A stretch of DNA of 60,556 nucleotides from Phoronis australis (lineage: Eukaryota; Animalia; Phoronida), in the NCBI GenBank assembly GCA_002633005.1, contig NMRA01000922.1, positions 1 to 60,556 of the forward strand. The letters run 5' to 3'. Made by a program: the position numbers and the translations under genes. Positions 1-14,700 of the stretch are shown one piece after another. The notes under the pieces are model-generated. The model had not been told where the DNA came from. It saw only the letters and a list, made by a program, of their open reading frames with translations, and made no database searches. The first letter of the stretch is position 1; every line of letters starts with the position of its first letter.

Positions 1-619
1 CGACACTGCTTGCGCTAAGGGATAATCATATGGCGTTATACTGTGGGTGTGATTTTAAAGCACTTTAAGTCAAAAAGAAGAGAAGGTTAAATACAGTAGA
101 TGGTTGCAAACCACATGCCCAAGTGGCCGTCATCCCCTGCTGTAGTCCTGGGATAGGGGGAACCTCTTCTCAATTTCTTGTAAACATTAATTACTTAGGT
201 AGCTGCAATGATAATTAAATTAAAGTGCTTAAGTGGCCATCATCGCCGTCGTAATTTGAGGACAATGGAAGCCACTGTCCATTTCGTCAAAGGTAGATTA
301 CCTTAAGTGTAAATCGATTGAGCATCTGATTTAAAAAAATTAAATTTCAATCACTGCACTGGTATATCAGCTGATTTATTTTCAGTTGCATCAACTAATC
401 TAATTTTTAGACAATCAACATTTTTAGGCGACATATCAGATGGCTTGTAAATTTGTTAGGTTGGTGGTGGATCAGTTCTTGATAAGTCCATCTGAAAAAG
501 TTGCATGCCAACTCACTCATAGTTTAATGATAAATTAGTGTTAACAGTTCGGGTTTTTTTCAGTTGGATTTGTATCGCAAGCAACAGCTCAATCGAGCCC
601 TGAATACGCAAATGAAATT

Positions 620-2075
620 CAAAGATAAAGACCTTGTGTCTCAGAAGCCAAGTACCACAGATCATAATGCTATAAAAATAGAAAGACAACGACTGTGAAG
701 AGTGACGAATCCACAGTTTTCATAGATGTTTTGTTTGGAGTTCATTGAATCAAAGCTTCTAACACATGAAGATGTCATTTGCCTTTCCAAACTAAAGCAA
801 GACTTTGAAGCCGTTCTTCAGAAAGCTGGTGTGCATGAAGTTATTTGGACAGGCAATCTTAAGAAATATTGTTGAAGCTACTCACTATTGTAGTTTGTGC
901 CCGACTAAGAGATACGAAAGTGAATTGAGGCTAGTGTTCAATAATTCACTTGCTGACTCTAATTAACACAGCCCATTATAACATATTTTGAATCAAACGT
1001 TTGCCCAAATAGTGCCCGCCTCCAAACAAGGACTTAGTGTTTGACCCTTCATTGCCTGCGAGCTAATCACCAGTGTGCAGTGCTGTACCCTCTCTAATCG
1101 ACCATAGTTGGTTCCTTGGCGGTGGAGCTTTGCAGTTAATATGTATGGCAATGACCGCATCTCCATTGACAGTACTAAACGATGAACGCTGCAAGTGCAA
1201 AAAGAACATGTGTGCTGGGAAACTGAGTTTGTGCTGCAATGCTGGGTCAAACTGTACAGAAATGTGCAGCTGTGACAACTGTAGTAACATCAGCAACACT
1301 GACTGCATAACATTGGATAGTTCTTTGACAAGTCAAGCCTAAATAGACCTCCAACCCCGTCATTTCGTTTTTTTTTGTATAAAAAAGTTAATTTTATTTG
1401 TTGATTATGTCATAGAAAGTACATACTTTGATCATTGTCATGTATTTGTCTCATACTGCTTGATAAACGCTGTCAGAATAATGTATTATTTTCATACAGT
1501 CTGTGCGCACATTCACAGAGATCATTCAACTATATTGTTTTTGTACTATAACGTATTTCTGGTGTATTATGCAAACAAGCTGTATTTTACACTATTAGTC
1601 AATGTTTTAGTCACTGAGGCAAAAATTTTGCCCTGTCTCTAGTGTTTTGTGTTATTTTTGTTGCCAGACAATGCCAGAATAACTTCCTAGTAACATTCAG
1701 ACTTAGTTTGCATTTTTGCCACTAGGTGGCTCTTTACATTTTTTTAAATTTCACTGTTTACAATTAATCTACGATAGTAAAACATGTAATGTGAGTGTAA
1801 TATTGTTCAATACAATGGCACTGATGGGACCATATTACTTGTTTTACAAAAAAGTCACCAAAACTGTTGTTTTTAAAAATATAAGTTTACTAAGCTCTTT
1901 GGTGGTAACTTCAAACTCAAATTTCTCAAAAATGTGCAACTTTATATGTGGGTACTTTTTAGATTTTGAAAACACTCTAATAAATGAATTAAAAAACACC
2001 AAAATAAAATTGCCCCCCTAAAGTACTCACAAAAACCATTTTCTAGAGGCCCTACAAATTCTGGCCCACCGACTA
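620..2075 (+). mobile_element. Internally deleted Academ-like (AcademX) DNA transposon relic with Cys8 zinc-finger remnant and right terminus
   Basis: Frameshifted DLVS/EAKYHRS*CY motif at about 630-675. ORF 1073-1342 has VPSLIDHSW...MTASP..L...RCKCKKNMC....CC......CTEMCSCDNCSN, a C-terminal Cys8-type finger. The sequence ends ...CTGGCCCACCGACTA at 2075 (TAG terminus on the opposite strand). Left end not located. Family name is from my recollection of Academ structure. Confidence 0.6.
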
Positions 2076-2469
2076 TTACCAGCAGCTTCTGTTTTTTCGT
2101 CGTCACTCAGATTCCATGTTCTTTAAAAATGAAGTAATTTTCTTCATTGCACAGTGGAGCAGACGACAGAAACGGAGTCGTAGTGCGCAGCGCCACTGCC
2201 GGTCGCCTGGGATATCGTGGGAGAGCCTATACTTAGCGTTACGATTGCACCGTGTTCCGAATTTGACACTTGAAATTGGATCTGAGCCCCCCCCCCAACA
2301 CACTAAAACTGCACACATTTAAATCTTGTTTCAGCCGTATAATGAATAATTACCGGGGTCAATTAATAATCTCAACTCAACATTTTCCTATGATTCCGGA
2401 AGCCAAAGGGGGGGGGGCGGGCCCCACTAAATCCGCCTATGTAGTGTGTGAACTTGGTAATAAATTCCC

Positions 2470-2925
2470 CAATAAGTGATAATTTTAGCATTGGATTTGT
2501 TTGGAAAGTAGTATTATTAGACTTAGAAAATATAAGATCAAAACTTTTTTTCAGGTTTAAATTTCGTCTTCCATTTGTAAGACCAGTCATAGAATTTGTT
2601 TAGGTCAGTTTCCAATTGTAAGGAGTCATGGGTCTGATCTTTTGACAGTGGGTAGAAAATTGCAGTGTTATCAGCACATAAGAATGTTTTAGAGTTTGTT
2701 GTGTCTGAAAGATCATTGCTGTACAGTCAAAAGAGTAAGGGGCCTAGTACGCTACCCTGTGGTACTTAATCGTTTACGAAACCTGGCGATGATGCGGGGA
2801 TAAGACACCCTCAATTCGGACTTTGTAAGTTTGACATTCCAGATATTATTTTAAAACGAAGAGAAGAGTGCCTGAGAAACCGTAAGATTGTAATTTATGT
2901 AGAAGCAGATCATGGGGAACGACAT
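2470..2925 (-). mobile_element. Decayed non-LTR retrotransposon (CR1/L2-like) reverse transcriptase fragment
   Basis: Minus-strand translation gives VPHDLLLHKLQSYGFSG, then VPQGSVLGPLLF*LYSNDL...FLCADNT (YADD-like), then LETDLNKFYDWSYKWKTKFKPEK. It contains a stop codon and an interruption. Confidence 0.88.
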
Positions 2926-4216
2926 GTCCTGTGATTGACATCTGGCGATTGGTTTGTAATGTGCCACGGCTCGAAGAGTTGTTAAAACCAAAGGTGACTC
3001 GGCTAACGGAGCACAGAAGCCTGTTGTATCTATTTTGGGTCACGTTTATCTTATTTATTCCGGTGGAAATATCAGAATGTCTCTCTAACAATCAACATGG
3101 GTATCCCTGTCACAGTCGTCACCCGTGGTAACGTCAGCGCTATACTGAAACTTTTGTAATGTTTAAAAATCCTTAAAGACACTTACACTCGTATGTATAT
3201 TCGAAAAGTAAATACCGTAGTTCGTGCTCAAGTGGCCATGACATTTCTTGGATTTTCATAAAGATGGCCATAATTTCAGCAAACATGGATTTTTGTCTCA
3301 GGAATTTTGCAAATTTCGTTTCTTGATGTTATTTGATTAAAAGACTGTCTTGTCTAAAGCTCAATAATTCGATTACTTTTCTTAGAATTAAGGATCATTT
3401 TTCTTCCCAGTTCTAGTGTTGAAATGGGTGTGGCTGATAGAATACGGCATTAGAATGTCCTAGTATCATTGTTCAAAATTTCCACCTCCGATGTAGAAGT
3501 AATGTCGATGGGATCTTGCTGGTAAAAATACTATTTTGGATGAAAATGCACGTATTACGCTTCCAGATTATCATCCAGTCCAAAAAGCACGCATAGTTTG
3601 TTGGCCGAGTTAAATTAGTGTTAAGCGATAAAACGTCACACCAAGGTACATGTAGGCAGTTGCAACGTGTTGTCACGTACGTGGAAACATTTTGACATTA
3701 CGTCAGTTATCCTGGACATCACTGACTCAAATTCCTGGATCCGCTCACGTACCCAACCTTAACTGCCAGTATCGTCACTCTTAAAACACTTTCGCCTTAG
3801 GGAATAGCCTCAGAAACATGTCGGTGACAACCTAAACCTTATACTGACTGCTTATTCCCGATTTTCATTTATTTTATATCTTACTTAATTCGCTAAGCTG
3901 TATCGCTTTTATGAGATATTCATTAGTGCCTAGTGACGTAGTAACAAAGCTCAGGCGTTCTCGAGTCTCCTTCTTAACCTATGGCACAACAACGCGGCGT
4001 GACCACGTGACAGAATGATGACAAGTCAATCAGCCCAGGTATAGGTCGCGGCGTGAAATATAAAGCCATAATAATCACATGCTCTCGTTGAAAATACACT
4101 GCAATATCTCGCGTAATCTCGCGAAATCCTGGTTTTTTAATGTGGTATTTGAGTTAAGGATTTGTTGTCTCCTCCTCGACTGAATAGGTATTAGCGGGCG
4201 AAGAAACTTCTCAAGA

Positions 4217-4251
4217 TATAAAGACAGGCTCAGCGATTCTGCAGTCACTTT
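4217..4251 (+). promoter_or_regulatory. Candidate core promoter of the Amt gene (TATA box + initiator)
   Basis: TATAAAG at 4217-4223 lies 30 nt upstream of the A (4247) of an Inr-like TCACTTT. It is followed by an ATG-free stretch ending in a strong donor ACG|GTAAGT at 4333/4334. Confidence 0.5.
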
Positions 4252-4333
4252 CAACGCTTACATATCAACCGTACACAAGACAAAGGACCGGGGAGACATT
4301 GAGGACATAAAGAAACGCTGTACGTCGTTTACG
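4247..4333 (+). other. Candidate first (non-coding) exon of the Amt gene
   Basis: Lies between the TATA/Inr and a consensus GTAAGT donor; contains no ATG. Confidence 0.45.
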
Positions 4334-7258
4334 GTAAGTTCGAAGCTAACCATTATTTTTTACAGCGGCATTAATCCAGCGTGCTTTCTGTCAAAACATG
4401 TTCTGATTCATACCAACTTACATGTAATAGGTCAAAATGTTCGTTTAAGTTTCGTAAATTTGACATTTTGGGCCTTCGTCATTATATTTTGGTTGATCTT
4501 TGATTAAAAACATTTAGTGAACGATTAATTTGTTTAATTTTTCGCAAAGAAATATTTTTAAAGACGCCGCTCAATAGACAACGTGCCAATTTGACAATTG
4601 AAGTTTAAGTATTTTTGAACAGCAAATTGGTTTTTACCCTGTCCACTGCCACTTAATAATTACAATTATTTTTACACATCCTTACCGGTGCCTTCGGACG
4701 CACCATACAAGTACCTTGTCTCGACCAATCAGCATAAAGTGGTACAATCACATCGACACAAAACTGTTGTATCGCAGCTAATAATCCTGGAACATAGATT
4801 GCGCGCTCCGCAATCTCTCCATTACATCAGTTTTATTTCCTAAGTCAGATTTGAAAACATAAAAACACTAGCCAAGGGCAAAAGTCATTCCTAACGCTGA
4901 ATAAACGCCGAAACGCTACATGCTGGGAGGATAACGTACTGTAACGCTTTCGGTATGGGGGTGCATTTCACGTCATGGTGTTCTTTAGTCAGACGCGGTA
5001 GCATTGTCGTGTGCGGAGTATGTGGTGGCCGCTGCAACAAAGGGCTAGCAACAAAGGGCTAGCAACAAAAATCAGTGACAAAACACTATGCTGTCTAGCG
5101 CGTTCTGGCCTAAACTGGTGTGCACATTGTAATTTTCGTAATAAATATTCACAAAAAGAACATTTTGACACTTTGTGCAACTATAAATTCAAGGAAATAT
5201 CAGAAAATAGCAAAATCCAAGGAGGCAGTCGCGTCAACAGAACAGGGGGAGGTGATGTTGGACTTGACTGATTCGAGAAAAAAGCGATACTAAAGTTCTA
5301 ATTTATGGATCATGCATGTAGTTACTCCTTACGTTGTTGTTCAGTTTCAAAACTATTCGACATTGTTCCTGGACTATTTCATTTACGGTTTACTGCATGA
5401 CAAGTAACAAGGGCATTTGTATTGGCTTAGAATACATTGACTTTCGAATTGTTAGCTTTCATTGTCTAGAACATGATGCTTACTACTGTAAAAGTTGCCT
5501 TGCTTTGGTGAAACTTAATGGAGTCGTTGTTTAGAGAAATTTGCATTCTATGCGACCATGTAAGACAAACGAAATTAAAATGACCGCCAGGCAACCCCTA
5601 AGTTGGGAACAGCGATCCGCCAAGGTCCACAGGTTCTCGGCCGTCAGATCTGAGCCTGTTCCTGTCTTCGCTGCCACTGTAGCACCTGTATTTTCCTTCC
5701 TGATCCCGTTGAGCACAATGTGATACCTGTGGTTGAGATATTGATCTGAATCAAATTGTACACGATCAGTTCTATATAAATACAGACTTCAAAGCCGTCT
5801 CATGAATGTCACTGCAAGTCTTTGTTACACTGATAATCCCAGCCCACCGGCTGGCCAGTATTAATCGGCAGTGGTTTTCACAAGAAATTTACAAAAAAAT
5901 TGGATGGGAGAATTACCGCCCCTCTTGCTTTTAAAATACTGAAAAATGCAGCTGATGGAAAGGAAAGCGATCAAGAACTATCTTCTTTCTACACTTACCG
6001 TGCACAAGTAATCCACAACTTTGTCGAATATTTCTCGACAGTCTATACTCGCAAAAAATGAAAAAGACATGCTCTAAAGAGCATTTTTTCTAAAAATAGT
6101 CATTTTTGATGGTAAAAAATTATGAAGTGCTAATTACTTTTCAAAACACTAGCATGATGCTTTCAGAAGACTATGTGAAAACCTTGTTGATTGGAAGTAG
6201 AGGAAACTACACGAAATGCAAAAATGAAACTTTAGGCCGTAATGATGAAATTCTGTTATCTGTCAAATCATGTACTTACCACCCTTAAATGAACTTCTGT
6301 TTTTACCTTCTTACGATCTAATTTTGGGTTGGTTTGTTGTGGATCCGAGTTAAACAAATAAGACTGTAGAAATTTAATTTAAACAGATATTTGTTTGTCA
6401 TACCTCCAAACGAGTCGTGATTATTCGACCGGGTGTAGACAATGCTCAACGCCGCGCGCGAAAACATACTCTAACAGCAACAATGATAAGATCCATGCAA
6501 TCAAAGTCCCCCCAAAAGTCTGAAACATTACCAAACTTTGCGTAAAATGTCGCCTAGTTTCAATTCGACCCAAACTACTCAAAACCAAGGATTCGGCAAC
6601 TCTAAGTTTAATAATCGACATTAATTTTAAAAAAATCAAATGACATTTAGACATTCACATACCAATTGGTGAGCTCCCACTAATAAAACGTTGTAATATC
6701 TTAATTAATGCAAAGCAATTTAGCGTTGATGTACAACGTGTAGTGTTCCAAAAGTAATGCATTCTAGTTGATTGCCTATGCCATGTAGTTGGACCAACGG
6801 AGATTTGTGAGAATAGTTTAAAACGATAACTGAATTCTTCTTGCGCCGTTTCTGAGCATTGAAATAATATTTTGAATAATATGACTTCCATAATTTTTCG
6901 GAGATGGTCACCCATATGTGGTTTTGTCCATTTCGTTCTTTAGAAAATATGCAAGCAATGTCGCTAATTTGTTTACGGAAACAAAGATAAGATTGCAGTC
7001 AAGCTCGGCTTTTTCAGGCCTAATAGTCAACCCATGTAAAAATTTATTCGTGTTATTTAATTCAACTCGAAATGTCCACCCCAACCAATCACACACTCGG
7101 ACCCACGGATATCATTGCAGTGAAATCATCGTGCTAGAATATTGAGGACTCTGCTTCACGTCGTTTGGAGGAGTCTGTATCTAGCAGGGAACCCCCAAAC
7201 AGAAGTCGCGAGACGACAAATATGGTGACTTAGTATGCCATTTTCTATTTTGTTCCAG

Positions 7259-7321
7259 GCTAACTACCGTTTGAATCGGATTGAACAACTGCCAGTTTCG
7301 GCTCGGCACAGGGAGTATAAG
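7259..7321 (+). other. Candidate internal 5'UTR exon of the Amt gene
   Basis: Strong acceptor TTTTCTATTTTGTTCCAG| at 7258 and donor AAG|GTAAGG at 7321/7322. Confidence 0.4.
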
Positions 7322-8616
7322 GTAAGGTTGCGGGATGACACCGTTCTGGTGTTGGACATGTGTGTTGATTTGGGGAACGACGTAAGCATTTGTCATGTTC
7401 GGATGATTTTGTAAAATTACGTTTGCACTACAACTCACGGAACGCTAACCCCAGATTGAACAAGTACTGTAGACAAGCCCAGATTTTGACGCGTGCAACT
7501 TTCGAAGTCCACAGATACATGTATGACACCTTGACAGATGTATAATATATTATAAAAACGTCGGAAAATCAGTGTACGAGATTAATACTGATAATTACCA
7601 GCTACTTTCATGAAAATATTTGACTCCGATTACGATGTACTTATTGTTTTTTCTGAGTTGTAAAAGATATTACTATGTAGAATAAGTGATAGGTGGAAGT
7701 TTCAGCTTTCTCACACCTACAAGCCTTCCAGGAACGCTTTGTGAGATAGTCGCATAGCGAGTGGACCCAAAAATGTTTGTTTCAATATCAAAGCAGAATT
7801 TTACGCTGGTTAGCGAGACAAAACTTAATTAGACCAATTACTCGCGTAAAATCGTTCTGTAATATTTCATACCGTGATAGGATTCTATTTTCGTTACCAA
7901 CTTAGGTAATCAGTACATGTGTCATCTTAGGACATTTAACTTTAGGGTTTACAGCCTTAATAAGTTCTCTAGCGCTTCATTGAGCTGCTGTTGATTTGAA
8001 TCGTTCTTCACTATAAAACAAGTAAAACAGCCTATCACTACAACGAACTTTGTGAGACCCATTTAATTGGAGTGAAGGCTTACATGTAATTCAAGTTTTG
8101 GTTTTAGCCAGGTCACCAGAGCTAATTGCAGCTTTGAGTTACGTGTATGGACCTGCATACACCCATACACACACCATCCTCCCCTTCAGTAATACTAGGA
8201 CCTCGCTAAAAAGCAAGACTTCGTGAGATTACGTGAGGCATTGGCGTATACTTTAAAGGAGAACACGTGACCTTGACTAGATTGTAGCTAGGTAACAGCA
8301 TAGGTTCTAACGCTACTGAACGCACGCCGGGGCACTAAGTCAGTGGCACCCTAAAGATTAAAGGTTCACGGTCTGACGTTTATACAACCAGTCTTTTGGT
8401 TCGTCTCCCGTTGGTTGTAGTGTGAAACTGTTTCCTTATTTGCGACATGACATACATGTAGGAATGCAGGATCCACAGACAAGGAGGATCTTGTGAAACT
8501 GAGGAGGATTTGGTAAGACGGGCTGCTGTATTTTAGAGAGTATATCGCTGTAGCTCACATTTACGGGCATAATTTAAGAGGTTTTGTATTGCAGATTAAC
8601 GAACTAAATTGCTATA

Positions 8617-8752
8617 ATGGTCGCAAACGAAACGGCTGAATTTAACCTGGACCAATTGGAGAAGTTGGTGATGTCGCAGGGAGATGCAATAACAGACATC
8701 AAACATAACTATGACGTCTTTTTCGTCACTGTAATGTCTTCAATTATCTTCC
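8617..8752 (+). CDS. amt: Amt coding exon 1 (MVANETAEF...VMSSIIF)
   Basis: Acceptor at 8594, ATG at 8617, donor C|GTAAGT (phase 1). Confidence 0.85.
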
Positions 8753-11700
8753 GTAAGTTTCCACTTGATTTTATGTATTTTGTGATTTGGTAGGTGCCCT
8801 GGAGCGGGCTCAGATATTATCATGCATGACACAATCCGACTGCTGTTACCATTGTTCTCATTATGCAAAAAGCCAAACGTGGTTCCAAAGATACGCTGTG
8901 TTCCGTGCCCTATTTTTCGACAGTTTTTGTTACTGGTTATTTTCACTTGTTGCGCATGACACTGCAAATTTCACGGACAGTAATGGATGGGATTTACATG
9001 TACATGTATGTATCATCGTGCATTACTAGATGATAAAGAATCTAGATTTTCAAACAAGCCTTGAGGTTCTTAAACGTAACTCAACGCTTTTAAACATACT
9101 TCATGCAAGATGTCTAAACAGGGCTCGCAAACATACAGCAACCATGCACCACCGTATTTGAATTGATACAGGGAGAACAGTGCATTACAAGTTATATTAG
9201 TCCTCGGTTGAAGTTTAAGTTCGAATTCTCATAATATGGTGGTCCCGGATAGAAATTTTCTTCGTCCTGCAGGAAGTAAAACGCGTTCTTACACTGGCCT
9301 CGTTGTAGAAATGTCAGACTAATTCTAGGAATCATATTGAAAAATATCCCATACTTATGAAGTTCACCCAACTCACTGCCGTAAAGGTTGCGGCAAGAAC
9401 CTTGCTAGCAGTAAAGCGTCACTGACACTGGACGCCCGATGTCGTAAGGAGGTCGCACGCTGTTGTTTAACTTCCGACATCCAAGCGACGGGTGTAAGTG
9501 CGCCGCATGGTTATCGTATATGAGACAATGACATTGTTTGCCTTGGTTACGTCTTCGTGGGAAATAACAATGCAAGTCGCATGGATATCGTACACTGGAC
9601 GCACACCAGCCGGTTACCGACAAATGCTGGCCATTATCATAAAACACAGTGAAAGGTAGATACGCCAAACTACCGATCTTCATCAGATCAGCTTGCAGCC
9701 TAGTTACCCGTGGATCCGTCAAATACTTTTCATGCAGTAGAAAAAAATTGAAAATAGTAAGGCACCAAAAAGTAACATGAAAAACTGCAATGGCATTTTG
9801 GGCAATAACAGCGAGATGGAAGTGCCACAATGTGACCCGGGACGTTCTAGTATTTTGGGCTTGTCATCTGCAGTCTTAAGTACTAGGCTTACGAATATGT
9901 ACCCAAAGCAATGACAAGCTGTCATGTTTTATCACAAATATATAATCGATAATATTTTCCAACGCTAAAGGGTTGTTGTTTTGAGTTGTTGATCGGTATT
10001 ATTGCTGTTGCTCTCCCTGGTGCATTTGATTCGGTTGTTCGCGACAGTCACGCACCAGCATTTCTGTGAAGAATAAAACCACCTCACCATCGACACCGAT
10101 GTGAAATTGGCCTTCCATGGAGGTTTGTGCACAATATTATGGAGCGGAAACAGCGAATGCAATTCTATAATTCACAATCTGGGAGCCGGATGCGAAACAA
10201 TGTTTCAGACGTAATTACTTAATCCTTCAAGGTGGCAACTATTGGCGGGTAGCTTTAGATAGCTCTCGACACAGCACATCAGGAAATGCTTGATGCCATG
10301 GACATTTTAGGTGTAGTCTTTCCTCTAGGCACTCGTTTCCCTAAATGTGAGGACAGGCAAAAAGCGCAGTGTTTCAGTAACCTCTACCATAACTTGGAAT
10401 TGGAGTGACACGAGGTATAGTCTCGATTCTCAAAACATTCAATATCACGTTGATGTCGTATTGCAATTGAAAATAACGAAAGTGTTATTCCTTTGTTTAA
10501 ATGTGAGTGCAATTAAATTGTCCAGAATTACCTGAGTGAAAACATTTCCGGCGTGTTTACAGTGAACGTATTTTGTGTTTGAAGCAATTTTCTTTGATTC
10601 ACGGAAAATATGCACATAATACATTAGCAACCAGATTTGCTAAATATTTTTGTTATTAAAAGATTTACTTGGGTACTTTATGCGTCACGTTATAATCTCA
10701 ATGACGTTGATATAGATTTAAGTAGCAATTTTATTGACACTTTATCATTTCTTGATTATTAAAGTCATTGCTCATTCATTTTAATTAATCGTCGTTGCCA
10801 TGGATATAGACATTAGGGAAATTATGTGAACTTTGCCTGTGCGACTACAACACGTTTGACTTCGTTTGATGTTGTCAATTTGTAATTATAATTGATAAAT
10901 ACTTATAAAAAATTGTTTGTCTCACCTACGACATTGCAGTTGAACACAGTGCTTCATATTTCATACTGATAGATTAAAACAAAAAGATTATAATGTTTGT
11001 TTTGCGCCGTCGCTACCAACGTGTAGCCCACTTAATGTTCACAAATTCGACAGGGTGATAGCTAAAGTCATCGAACTTCTTACAGCAGCAAGGTTCAAAC
11101 TTTATTGCAAGGGTTGAACCAAGGTTTAAGTGCGAAACCATGTCGTCAGTTAACAAAGCACGCCATTGGCGGGGGCTAAATACTGTATCTACTTAACAGT
11201 TTTCCTACGGAAACCGCGAGTACCTACATGTAACGCAAGCGAGAGTTTCGTCAACCTCGTAGACCAGAGAAGCAAATAGTGGTAGAAATTGATACGTGAG
11301 CCTCTTCTATAAATAACTACCTAGTTGCATGTATTTGGAGAGACGACCGACAGTTTGTTAATCCGGTTTCCTAGAAGCCTCGGTTGACTCACAGCCGCTT
11401 AAATTCCCCAGATAGCATGCTGAAGTTGTCACTGAATTCAGTATAGATAACGCCATTTTGCTCAAACTTAGGATTAAATAAAATTCTGTCTCAATATTAT
11501 GTCCGCTACGACAGAGCGTGTGTGTCGTACTTTGGAGAAACATGGTCGATTTCTTGACTATAACGGCAAAATATCTCGCTTTATCGACTTAGCTAACGCG
11601 AGACTATATCGTCGTAGCAACTCAGCCATCTCGTTACAACGAGATAGTATCTCGTTTTCACGATAGTGAGTCGTTTTAACTAGATAGTTATTCATTATAA

Positions 11701-14700
11701 CGAGATACTCAAGTCGTTATAAGGAGATAATCGGCTATGCTTTTCATTTTACAGTTGTCCCTAATGCTTCGTCTTAGTATCGTATCGCACTTTTCAAGAA
11801 AAATGACTAAGGAACACGTTGCTCCTACTCCAGAAATCCCGTTACACAACTATTGTTTTGAGACAATAACTGAATCGGTGTGCACAAAAATAAAATACTG
11901 GCACGTGCTTCATGACACTCATGTGATGGTCGTTGCAGCCCTTCTAGGATTTTCAAAAAAAACTTTCTGAATTCATGTAGGTGAATAACTTGTACCTATA
12001 AACTTTGTCTTGCTGAAATTCATCTTGGAAAAACGAAGCAGCAGCAAAGGAACATCACAGTGCGTGTATGTACACGATTCACATCTCAGAGAATGGGAAC
12101 TAGCAACATGGACTTGCACGTTTTTTACTGCATTTTATACTTTGGTGTAGAATGGTGCAATGGAACCTGATGTAGCAATAGTATAGGTGGTCCACTTTTG
12201 AGGACCGAAGACGAGTTTTTGGTTGTCATTTAAATAAGAAAAATTAACTTAAAATATTAAATTGTTAGATGCACTTGGTATTTTATACATTTACATAATG
12301 TTGTGAATATTGTGAAATGCGTCCCAATTTCATTTGACTGGTCTAATCCCCTCAACAGGTTACCACAGTGTGAGACTGGTTTCGAATTCTGTGCAGTACA
12401 TCACTGCACTGAACTCCTCGACTTCACAAATTGTTTTCTAAAACTACTTCATTTTTCAGTCATGCAATGTGGTTTCGCCTTCCTGGAGTGTGGTGCGGTG
12501 CGAAGCAAGAATACCACTAACATTTTGATCAAGAACATTTTAGACAGTAGTAAGTTTTACGATCCTAAATTTTATATGATAACTACCAAGGGCGAATCCA
12601 GGATTTTGCCAAATGGAATCTGGGAAAATTTTAGAGGGGACCATGGCCCCCTTGCCCCCCTTCTAAATCCGCCACTGACTACACATTCAAAAATCCAGAT
12701 CTTGTGAATTTGTGGTTATTAGCCTTAAAGAGCTACATCTTGGCCACAATTCCATCGGCGTCTGCCAATTCTGTTCTTCGTGAATGCAGCCATTTCTTAT
12801 TAAGACTGGTCTCATCATACATGTAGTACTAGAAGAAATATTAGAGAGCCGCCATGAAACTGGCGAAGATAAACCAGCTTCTTCATGCTCTAGAATCATT
12901 GGCGTACAATTTATCCACTAACTGTAAAACAATAACGTGTGTCGTTGTCCGATAAATGCTTTGAAAACGCAGAAGGTACATGTTCATGTTCTCAAGATTA
13001 CATGTACGCATGACCTTAATAAAGAGCTTCGACTCTAAGTCAAATATCGACAAAACTATGGTTTGACAACCATTAAAAGTATTAATTTTCTGGAAGGAGA
13101 AAGATCGAGGATTCAAAAATATGCTCCATGCTATAGCATGTTTATTATTGTCGGGCGACCAAGTTTTAAGTCAAATTTTGATGTACATTAAAGGTGCATT
13201 CATAGCAAAATTACCCCCCCCCTCCAAAAAAAACTTTTCCTAAGTGAAAACTTTTACGTTATGTCTCAAAACAGCAGTTATGATTTTGCTTAAAAATGCC
13301 TAGTCTGGCGTACCTAGCGGTTTTACGCCAAATATCAGATGTCATTTGTTATATCGTGTTTGATTTTACTTTATTTCTGTTTCTGTTGACAAAGAATGTT
13401 ATTATATCCGAAAATTTCAGTTGATCCATTGTTGTTTTATTTACCTATGCATATCTACATTTCGTATAGTATCCTGTAGATGATCTGGATCGCCTCTTTT
13501 AGTTTCAGATTTATTTTCTACGTTATGGATCCAATCACACATGAGATAGGGTTTTCCGGAGTAGAATCTGGAATGGGGCTGCAATTCATCAATCCTCCAC
13601 ACTATAACGTATCAATTGTGTCGACGTCGATGATGTCCCATAGACTGTTTTAGTTACTCAGTCCTGGTATCTGTAGTGCTAAAATAACATTTGCGTCATG
13701 TATTCTCATCTATAGGAAAACAACCTTGTATTTAACAATTTGTTGCATTCAGTTTTGTTGGCTTTTAGTGGTTGCAGGAGTGGCTTACTGGGCGGTTGGT
13801 TACAGCTTTGGGTTTGGCAAAGGAAACGCCTTCATCGGGCATTCCTTCTGGTTCAGCGCCAACATGCCGGATGACACGTATCATAATTTTTTCTTTCATT
13901 TCGTGTTTGCCGCCACCGCCGCCACCATCGTGTCTGGCGCTGTTGCCGAGAGGTGTGAATTCGTCGCCTATTTGATATACAGTTTCATGATCACAGGTTA
14001 GTGACAGTTTTAGGTTGGAAAGAAGCAAAAGACGTGATTTAAAATCAGGTTTACTATCGCCATGGACTTCTGCAATTATATGTTGGTCTTCTGTATGCTA
14101 TCGCTGAATAACGAGTCCTGATAAATTATCTTTCTTGTCTTGGTCATGTATGTGGCAATAGTTCGACTAGTGGACGTAATACTGCATATTTCACAGGCGA
14201 CAACCACATATGTGAACGTGAAATCGATGAAACCTGCATGCTGGTGGCGTATTTTTTTCCCTTTTTTAATTTTTATTTTGGTCGTCTCCATAAGGACGGA
14301 TGCCATCCCCAACCCCCTAAATTCGCTTGCGGTTTCTGTGCCTACCAATCTCCTCACGCTTACATATTCTAGCAGTGATCATGAGATGATCTTGTTATCA
14401 TAGCAATGGTCAAGTACGACCGGAAATAATATACATTATCAAGAAAAATCAATTGATGTTTCTACATGACTACATTATATCATTTGTACGTTTAAACAGG
14501 TTTTATGTATCCTGTAGTCACTCATTGGGCCTGGTCACCGGAAGGTTGGTTGAAAAAAGGAATCAATGGAATTCCATTTCAGGTATTTGAAAACAAATAG
14601 TTTCATTGATGCATTGATAGATTTGACAAGAGAATTTTGTGGATATAACAACATGTATACAGTTGGAGAGCGTCAGTCTCTGAAGAACCATTGACTACTT

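Noticed and set aside
5034-5069. 14-bp tandem duplication GCAACAAAGGGCTA x2.5
   Set aside because: Ordinary slippage duplication with no further structure.
11565-11740. CRISPR-like array
   Set aside because: Eukaryotic context; degenerate abutting palindromes with no unique spacers.
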